This document shows positions 58,345-64,000 of a stretch of 64,000 nt of DNA, one piece after another. Position 1 is the first letter of the stretch, and every line of letters starts with the position of its first letter. Origin of the DNA: Lachnospiraceae bacterium (lineage in GTDB: Bacteria > Bacillota > Clostridia > Lachnospirales > Lachnospiraceae); NCBI GenBank assembly GCA_017514845.1, contig JAFWIM010000012.1, positions 1,777 to 65,776 of the forward strand, given 5' to 3'. Both the position numbers and the translations under genes were made by a program. The notes under the pieces were generated by a model. It ran no database searches. It was not told the origin of the DNA and saw only the letters and a list, made by a program, of their open reading frames with translations.

Positions 58345-58572
58345 CAAGAACGCCTCGGCGTTCTTGCCGCGCCGCGCAGGGTGCGAAGCACCTTCCCTGT
58401 TGCGCGGCTGCGATCCGCCGTGCCTAAGCATGCGTAACAATGCTCCAGTGGAGCATTGTGCAGCTGAGGCTTTAATCTCTGACGCGGGTTTGCATCCCAC
58501 GTCAAAGACGGGTTACACTTTGCGCATTCATCTCACGACTAAAGTCACGAGAATTCTGCGTCAGAGATTAAA
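58345..58572. repeat. cluster of palindromes including an element bounded by a 15-bp inverted repeat
   Basis: Hairpins at 58345-58366, 58371-58408, 58437-58459; IR TTTAATCTCTGACGC at 58471-58485 / 58558-58572 enclosing CTCACGAC-TAAA-GTCACGAG. Confidence 0.7.
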
Positions 58573-59609
58573 AATGAGCGGATCGTTCTCTCGAAACCTT
58601 TCTCCAGCGAATACCGGCAATGCCATCCGAGCTCACTTATCTTAGCTGTATCCAGCATCGTATACACATTCTTTCCGCGTCCGATGTAGCCCGCATCCTC
58701 CGCTTCGATGCGCACTTTCGCGTCACCCGGCGCAAGCCGCGTGACCAGCCGTGCAAGATCGCCGATCGAGCACCTGCCCTCCGGGTTCGTGACGTTGTAG
58801 GCCTCCCCAATCTCCCCGTCCAGAAGCACCTTCATATACGCGCAGGCGGCGTCAGCCAGATAGATAAAATTCCTGGTCGCCGTCCCGTCGCTCTTCATCA
58901 CTATGTCGCGGCCGCGGACCGCATCCGCGACGAAGGACGCAAAGACTCGATCGTCACCGACAAGATCCATCGTCGGGCCGTACGTGTGGGAGGGTCTCAC
59001 AATTTTGGCCGGCACGCCGTACTGGTGGGCGTACGAGACGCACAGCGTCTCCCCTGCCCTCTTGCTCTCGCCGTAGCAGCTGCGAAGGTTCGTCGGATCA
59101 TAAGGTCCGAAATCGTGTTCCCCGACAAGGGGTACCTGACACGCGCCGTAGACCTCACCGCTACTGAAAAAGAGATATCCCAGCGACTTCTTTTCCCTTG
59201 CCAGCTCCAGGGTGCGGATCGTTCCCATAAGGTTGGGTCCCATGACACCGACGGGGTTCGTGCCGTAGTATTTGGGGCTTGCATGGGACGCTGCATGGAT
59301 TATGTAATCGACAGGACCATCCACACTGATCTCCCCGGTCACATCTCTCTGAAGAAAATCGAAATAATCCCGCTCCATATACTGGCCGAAGCGCGCCTCC
59401 ATCTTCTCCCGGTTCCTGCCGAGGGCTTTGATCTGTATCCGTTCCTCCGCGTCTGACTGCTCATTCAGATATATCATCATGAACACCAGATAAGAAGCCA
59501 GCATACCGTAGGCGCCTGTGATCAGTACAGTTTTTCCCCTGAGTCGCTCAAAATCGATTATTCCCGACTCGAGGATCTCTTTCATATCCTCTCTGATAAT
59601 AGGATTCAT
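58545..59609 (-). CDS. NAD-dependent epimerase/dehydratase (extended SDR)
   Basis: TGAYGMLA, HAAS.ASP, SSGEVYG, YGESK, SDG.A.R.F.Y. Confidence 0.85.
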   Translation of the reverse strand: MNPIIREDMKEILESGIIDFERLRGKTVLITGAYGMLASYLVFMMIYLNEQSDAEERIQIKALGRNREKMEARFGQYMERDYFDFLQRDVTGEISVDGPVDYIIHAASHASPKYYGTNPVGVMGPNLMGTIRTLELAREKKSLGYLFFSSGEVYGACQVPLVGEHDFGPYDPTNLRSCYGESKRAGETLCVSYAHQYGVPAKIVRPSHTYGPTMDLVGDDRVFASFVADAVRGRDIVMKSDGTATRNFIYLADAACAYMKVLLDGEIGEAYNVTNPEGRCSIGDLARLVTRLAPGDAKVRIEAEDAGYIGRGKNVYTMLDTAKISELGWHCRYSLEKGFERTIRSFLISDAEFS

Positions 59610-60574
59610 GCCGACTCCTTTTGAGGCTCATCAAAGTTCAGTCTCTCCTCCTCCACGACAAGAGGACGATCGAGAACTCTTGAATTGATGGCCAGAATGT
59701 ACTCTCCGAGCAGTCCTGTGAAAAACAGATTGATACCGCCGAGGAAGAAGACGCCGATGATGAGCGGCGCGATTCCTGAGCGGAACCAGTCCCAGTGGAT
59801 AAGCTTCAGGATCGTATATATGATCGCTACCAGGAAGCTGAGTCCTCCGATGGTAAATCCCATGAATGTCGCGAGGCGCATAATCACTTTCGAGTAGGAA
59901 GTGATACCGTTCATGGCGACATCATACAGGCTGTAGAAATGATTTTTGCTCTTTCCCGCTCTCCGGTTCGGACGCTCGTAGGGGACGATCGCGTAATCGA
60001 AGCCGAACTCTGCCACCATGCCGCGGAAGTACGGCATCGGATCATGAATATTCCTCACAACGTCGACGAACGCCTTGTCAAAAAGACCGAAACCTGTGAA
60101 ATTCTCGATATGTCCAATATCCGTGATCTTTCTCAGGAATTTATAGTATTGCCGTCTCACGAAGGCCATGATCGGCCCCTCTTCCGTCTTGTCCTTGATG
60201 CACAGAACAATCTTGTTGCCCTCCTCCCATTTGTGGACAAGGGTCGGGATGAGTTCCGGCGGATCCTGAAAATCCGCATTCAGCCGGATCACGCAGTCCC
60301 CCCTGGCCTGCTTGAATCCGTGGACCGGAGATCGCATCTGTCCGAAATTTCTCGCGTTGAATATCGCCTTCACGTGCCTGTCTTCTTCGCAGATATGACG
60401 GATGATCCTTTTCGTTCCGTCCTGCGAATGATTGTCGATAAAAATGATCTCGTAATCATATTCCGGCAGCTCACTCGTTATGATCCGCGTGACAGTGTCC
60501 GTCATCGCCTGCACGTTTTCTTCCTCGTTATAGCAGGGAATGACGACAGAAATCAATTTCTTATTCTCTTCCAT
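59606..60574 (-). CDS. bactoprenol glycosyltransferase (GtrB-like GT2)
   Basis: IPCYNEE, RNFG, ADFQDPP, two C-terminal TMs, LGEYI...RP. Confidence 0.88.
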   Translation of the reverse strand: MEENKKLISVVIPCYNEEENVQAMTDTVTRIITSELPEYDYEIIFIDNHSQDGTKRIIRHICEEDRHVKAIFNARNFGQMRSPVHGFKQARGDCVIRLNADFQDPPELIPTLVHKWEEGNKIVLCIKDKTEEGPIMAFVRRQYYKFLRKITDIGHIENFTGFGLFDKAFVDVVRNIHDPMPYFRGMVAEFGFDYAIVPYERPNRRAGKSKNHFYSLYDVAMNGITSYSKVIMRLATFMGFTIGGLSFLVAIIYTILKLIHWDWFRSGIAPLIIGVFFLGGINLFFTGLLGEYILAINSRVLDRPLVVEEERLNFDEPQKESA

Positions 60575-60607
60575 AATATCTGGCAGCCTCTCTAATTATT
60601 TGCGCTC

Positions 60608-62437
60608 TCAATCCGTATCCTCATCCGGTGTGAGCGGAATCAGCATATTGGCCCTCAGCTCCTCCCTCGAGAGGAACGGAGCCATATCCTCGAGCGGTGA
60701 CGACACCATAGTTCCGTCCGCGAGCTTTCTCGACGCCGCTTTCGGCTCTGTCTTCTGGGTCGTAGTAACTTCGACCCGGATGAGTGCCGGGAGCGGAAGC
60801 TCCATTGCCCGGGCAAGATCTTCGGCGATGGTCTCATTTGACACGCACTCCCCATAGGAAAAACCGAAACAGTCAGCAATTTTTCCCGTATCCGGGAAGG
60901 AGAGATCGCCGCTCTCCGGACCTATGCCGATGAGGGGTTTGCCGAAGTACGCGTTCTGAGTCTGACGAATCGAATGGTAACCGCCGTTGCAGATCATGAA
61001 GACCCTGACCGGCAGATTGTTCGTCCGGATCGTCTGCATCTCCTGCATATTCATCATAAAGCTTCCCTCGCCGGTGACAAGGGTGATTTCCTTCCCCTCA
61101 CATGCGCGGGCCAGTCCCTCCACTGCGGGGAGACCGTAGCCCATGGATGCCGTGGAGGAGTTCGTGATGAATCTCTGTCCCTTCTTTATGCGGAATGTCT
61201 GGCTGCCGGCGACGCGGGAGGTTCCGCAGGATACACAGAGAAGGTCATCCTCTTTCATGAGGTCAGAGAGCACGTCATAGAACCTGTACGTGTTGGCAAG
61301 TCCGTCCGGCTGCGGACCTTTCTCGCTCTCGGTGACAATGGGGTATTTTCGTCTCCACTCATGGATTCTCGCGATCCATTCGTCCACAGCGAATATCCCG
61401 TCACCCTCCGTGCGGTCAAGCAGCTTTGTGATGAGTTCCCTGACATCGCCGCAGACCGGCAGGTCCACATGCAGGTTCGGCTTTCTGATCTCATTCATGT
61501 CAATGTCATTGATGATCGTGTACGCTTCCCTCGCCCATGTATCGAAGGAAAAACCGGTCTGGTGGATGCTCTGACGGCTGCCGAGTGAAAGGAGTACGTC
61601 ACAGTTCTGCAGGGCAAAATTTCCTGCCCGGCTGCCCGTCATGCCGCTTCTCCCGGCATAGAGAGGATGATCCTCTTCCATGAGATCCACGCTGGACATA
61701 CCGTCTATGACAGGAATACCGAGCCTGATCACAAGTTCCTTAAAAAGATCATAAGCACCCGATGCCCTGATGCCGAAACCGCCGAAAATAAGCGGTCTCT
61801 CCGCGCGCAGAAGAATCTCGAGAATCTTTGTGATCGTCTCATCCGGAATCGAGGGAACGTTCTTAAGTCCTTCCTCCTCCGGATCAAATGCTTTGAGAGC
61901 CTGCGGCTCCACTCTGGCAGCCTGAATGTCCATAGGAACGTCCAGCCATACCGGTCCCCGTCTTCCGTACATCGCAAGGAACATGGCTTTTTCAAGGTGA
62001 TAGCGGATATCTTCCGCCCTCTCCACCATGACCGCATACTTTGTCATCGGGGCGGCACTCTCTGTAACATCATATTCCTGAACGCCCATAGTGCGGAGGT
62101 CGAGGCCTGTGCTCCTCACCGTGATCTGTGTCCTGACCTGACCGGTCAGAACGATCATTGGCAGTGATTCCATATATGCGCACAGAACACCGGTCATGAC
62201 ATTCGTGGCACCGGGTCCGCAGGTCGCGCACACGCAGGCAGGTATGTTATGAATCCTCGAATAGGCCTCTGCCGCCATGGCGCAGGCCTGTTCATGGTGA
62301 TGATATGTCGCGCGAAGACGCTTTGAGTGTCCGAGCGCGTCATCGAGGTGCATTGCTCCGCCGCCGGTGACCATGAACACTTCACGGACACCATGGTCGG
62401 CCAGAAATTCAGCGATATAATCAGATACTTTTATCAC
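60608..62437 (-). CDS. thiamine-diphosphate-dependent enzyme (acetolactate-synthase-like, YerE-type)
   Basis: VTGGGAMHL, HHEQ, GPGATN, GPVWLDVP, MGYGLP, GEGSFMMN...NGGY.SI..TQ. Confidence 0.85.
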   Translation of the reverse strand: MIKVSDYIAEFLADHGVREVFMVTGGGAMHLDDALGHSKRLRATYHHHEQACAMAAEAYSRIHNIPACVCATCGPGATNVMTGVLCAYMESLPMIVLTGQVRTQITVRSTGLDLRTMGVQEYDVTESAAPMTKYAVMVERAEDIRYHLEKAMFLAMYGRRGPVWLDVPMDIQAARVEPQALKAFDPEEEGLKNVPSIPDETITKILEILLRAERPLIFGGFGIRASGAYDLFKELVIRLGIPVIDGMSSVDLMEEDHPLYAGRSGMTGSRAGNFALQNCDVLLSLGSRQSIHQTGFSFDTWAREAYTIINDIDMNEIRKPNLHVDLPVCGDVRELITKLLDRTEGDGIFAVDEWIARIHEWRRKYPIVTESEKGPQPDGLANTYRFYDVLSDLMKEDDLLCVSCGTSRVAGSQTFRIKKGQRFITNSSTASMGYGLPAVEGLARACEGKEITLVTGEGSFMMNMQEMQTIRTNNLPVRVFMICNGGYHSIRQTQNAYFGKPLIGIGPESGDLSFPDTGKIADCFGFSYGECVSNETIAEDLARAMELPLPALIRVEVTTTQKTEPKAASRKLADGTMVSSPLEDMAPFLSREELRANMLIPLTPDEDTD

Positions 62438-62449
62438 GGTCTGTCCCCC

Positions 62450-63769
62450 TCATCTCTTCCAGCGGTTCTCGCACACCATCGTCTTGCCCGACTGCTGGAT
62501 CGGAATTCTGCCTTCAAGGTATTCTACTGTGATGACAGCGTCATCACCGAGGTAATGGCGGTAAGCAGATACGACCTTTTCCTCGTCGATCGGAAGCTTC
62601 AGCGCGTTGATCTCAAGCGTATACTCTTTCTCTCCGGTCTGTATGCACTTGGCCTGCTGGATCTCTCCTTCAAAGTTCAGCAGAACATTCATAAATACAT
62701 GGATCGAGAGCGGTTCGCCCTTCGTGTTGTAGAGAAGGGAGCCACGCCGGCCGTAGATCTCGGTGAAGCAGGCGTGGAGCCGGCCTTCATCATCCTTATA
62801 TTTTCGGATCTTTCCTGTATCCCCCGTATCATAGCGGATCATGGGGAACGCGCGGTTATAGAAGTCTGTCACGACGATCCTGCCGAGTTCACCCTCATCC
62901 GCCGGCTCGTCGCTGTCCATCTTGAGTATCTCGACATAATAATTGTAAAGGTCGATCGTATAGAGATCGCTGCCGTCAAGGCTTACCGCGACGAATCCGT
63001 TCTCGTTATTGCCGTACGAGAGGACCGGGGTGATGCCAAAAAGCTCCGCCGCCTTCTTTCTCGTGCCGGCAGGGAGGGCTTCTCCCATCGTAAAGATCAT
63101 CTCGACAGACCATCCCGCTGTGTCATAGCCGCTTCTATCCACATAGTCACACAGAGCCTGAATTGCGCTGGAGTAGGCGACCAGGACCTGGATCCGATCT
63201 CTCTTTATGCGGTCAAGAATCGCTTTGACGCTCTCGTCGCCCATATTGGATATGTCGATCATGAGAAGATTATTCTTCACAGAGTGCCACTTGCTGATGG
63301 TATTCTTTCCCTTGATCCAGGCGCGGAACTCGCCTCTCTTCATTCCGAGCCGGAAGCCGTTCAGCTCCATGACGGACATGAAATTCATATACACGTGGGA
63401 CATCTTGTCCTTATCTGCAAGAACGGTGAACGGTGTTCCGGTAGAGCCGCTCGTGGAAAGCTTAGTCAGCTTGTCCCGGTCATCCCTGAATTCATCGCTG
63501 AGGATCCCCTCATAGTGCTCGATAAAGTCACCTTTGTTCTGGACAGGGAAATCGGTCAGAGATCCATTTGCAGGAAGATTCCTGTAAAATTCACAGTTCT
63601 CTGCGGCATAGGTCAGGATCTGATCCAGCCTTCTGTCCTGATACTCCTGCGTGATTCCGCGAACTATTTCACTCTTATTCACTTCCAGCAGTCTTTTCAT
63701 CTTACCGCCGCGCATCATATCGAGCCCGAAAAACGCGACCCGGCGGAGAACTTCACCTGCCTGTTTCAT
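62450..63769 (-). CDS. phenylacetate-CoA ligase / CapK-family adenylating enzyme
   Basis: STSGSTG.P, YGNNE, VVTD..N..FP.IRYDTGD, GR, C-terminal SGK. Confidence 0.82.
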   Translation of the reverse strand: MKQAGEVLRRVAFFGLDMMRGGKMKRLLEVNKSEIVRGITQEYQDRRLDQILTYAAENCEFYRNLPANGSLTDFPVQNKGDFIEHYEGILSDEFRDDRDKLTKLSTSGSTGTPFTVLADKDKMSHVYMNFMSVMELNGFRLGMKRGEFRAWIKGKNTISKWHSVKNNLLMIDISNMGDESVKAILDRIKRDRIQVLVAYSSAIQALCDYVDRSGYDTAGWSVEMIFTMGEALPAGTRKKAAELFGITPVLSYGNNENGFVAVSLDGSDLYTIDLYNYYVEILKMDSDEPADEGELGRIVVTDFYNRAFPMIRYDTGDTGKIRKYKDDEGRLHACFTEIYGRRGSLLYNTKGEPLSIHVFMNVLLNFEGEIQQAKCIQTGEKEYTLEINALKLPIDEEKVVSAYRHYLGDDAVITVEYLEGRIPIQQSGKTMVCENRWKR

Positions 63770-63784
63770 TGTTAGTCCCTCCTG

Positions 63785-64000
63785 TTACTTTGATTTTGCA
63801 AATCCGAGAATAAGCACCGCTGCGATTCTCAGCGCGTTGGCCGCAAGAACCGCCGCAGAGAATGTGAGAAGCGACCCGCTGCCGACAGTCATGAAAATAA
63901 GCAGACAAAGCACGACAAGATGAGCGGTCTGCAGGGTAAGCTGCCATTTCTCCCCGGTGAATGTGAGTACCAGAATAAAAAGGTAAGCCGACAGCATACT
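63785..64000 (-). CDS. 3' end of a membrane protein (possible flippase); starts beyond the window
   Basis: Hydrophobic open frame to the window edge, stop at 63785, followed by RBS AGGAGG for the CapK-like gene. Confidence 0.5.
   Translation of the reverse strand, partial: SMLSAYLFILVLTFTGEKWQLTLQTAHLVVLCLLIFMTVGSGSLLTFSAAVLAANALRIAAVLILGFAKSK

Overview
This is a GC-rich (roughly 50-55% by eye) Bacillota chromosome segment, probably Lachnospiraceae-like Clostridia, with almost all genes on the minus strand. From 1 to 1.5 kb there is a partial GH78 alpha-L-rhamnosidase that the ORF track missed, plus two deletion-scar gene remnants. From 1.5 to 14.3 kb is the conserved murE-priA-def-fmt-rsmB-rlmN-stp-pknB-rsgA-rpe-thiN cluster. 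From 14.5 to 22.1 kb are uppP, tRNA-Leu(CAG), a membrane SpeE-like protein, lspA, a zinc-ribbon protein, an orphan clpX and htrA. From 22.3 kb to the window end is a >41 kb cell-wall polysaccharide locus: LCP, a hexose-1-P initiating transferase, rmlBCD plus a Tll-like reductase, two RgpF proteins, three double-GT2 paralogues, Wzm/Wzt, two YfhO proteins and a further GT-C-like protein. The best candidates for undescribed biology are: (i) a split WbdD-like methyltransferase + kinase + coiled-coil chain terminator, separated only by an in-frame TGA and paired with a Wzt carrying a C-terminal domain; (ii) a divergent operon of D-cysteine-desulfhydrase-like enzyme, ATP-grasp ligase, WecE, ArnC/GtrB-like GT2 and YfhO, suggesting a non-acetyl N-acyl-Fuc4N decoration pathway; (iii) a ThDP-enzyme (YerE-like) branched-sugar module; (iv) a Wzm with an extra extracellular domain. 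Many intergenic spacers hold long imperfect palindromes, one with an IS200/IS605-like hairpin. No CRISPR array, rRNA or intact transposase was seen. All functional calls come from motif recognition by eye, with no database searches.
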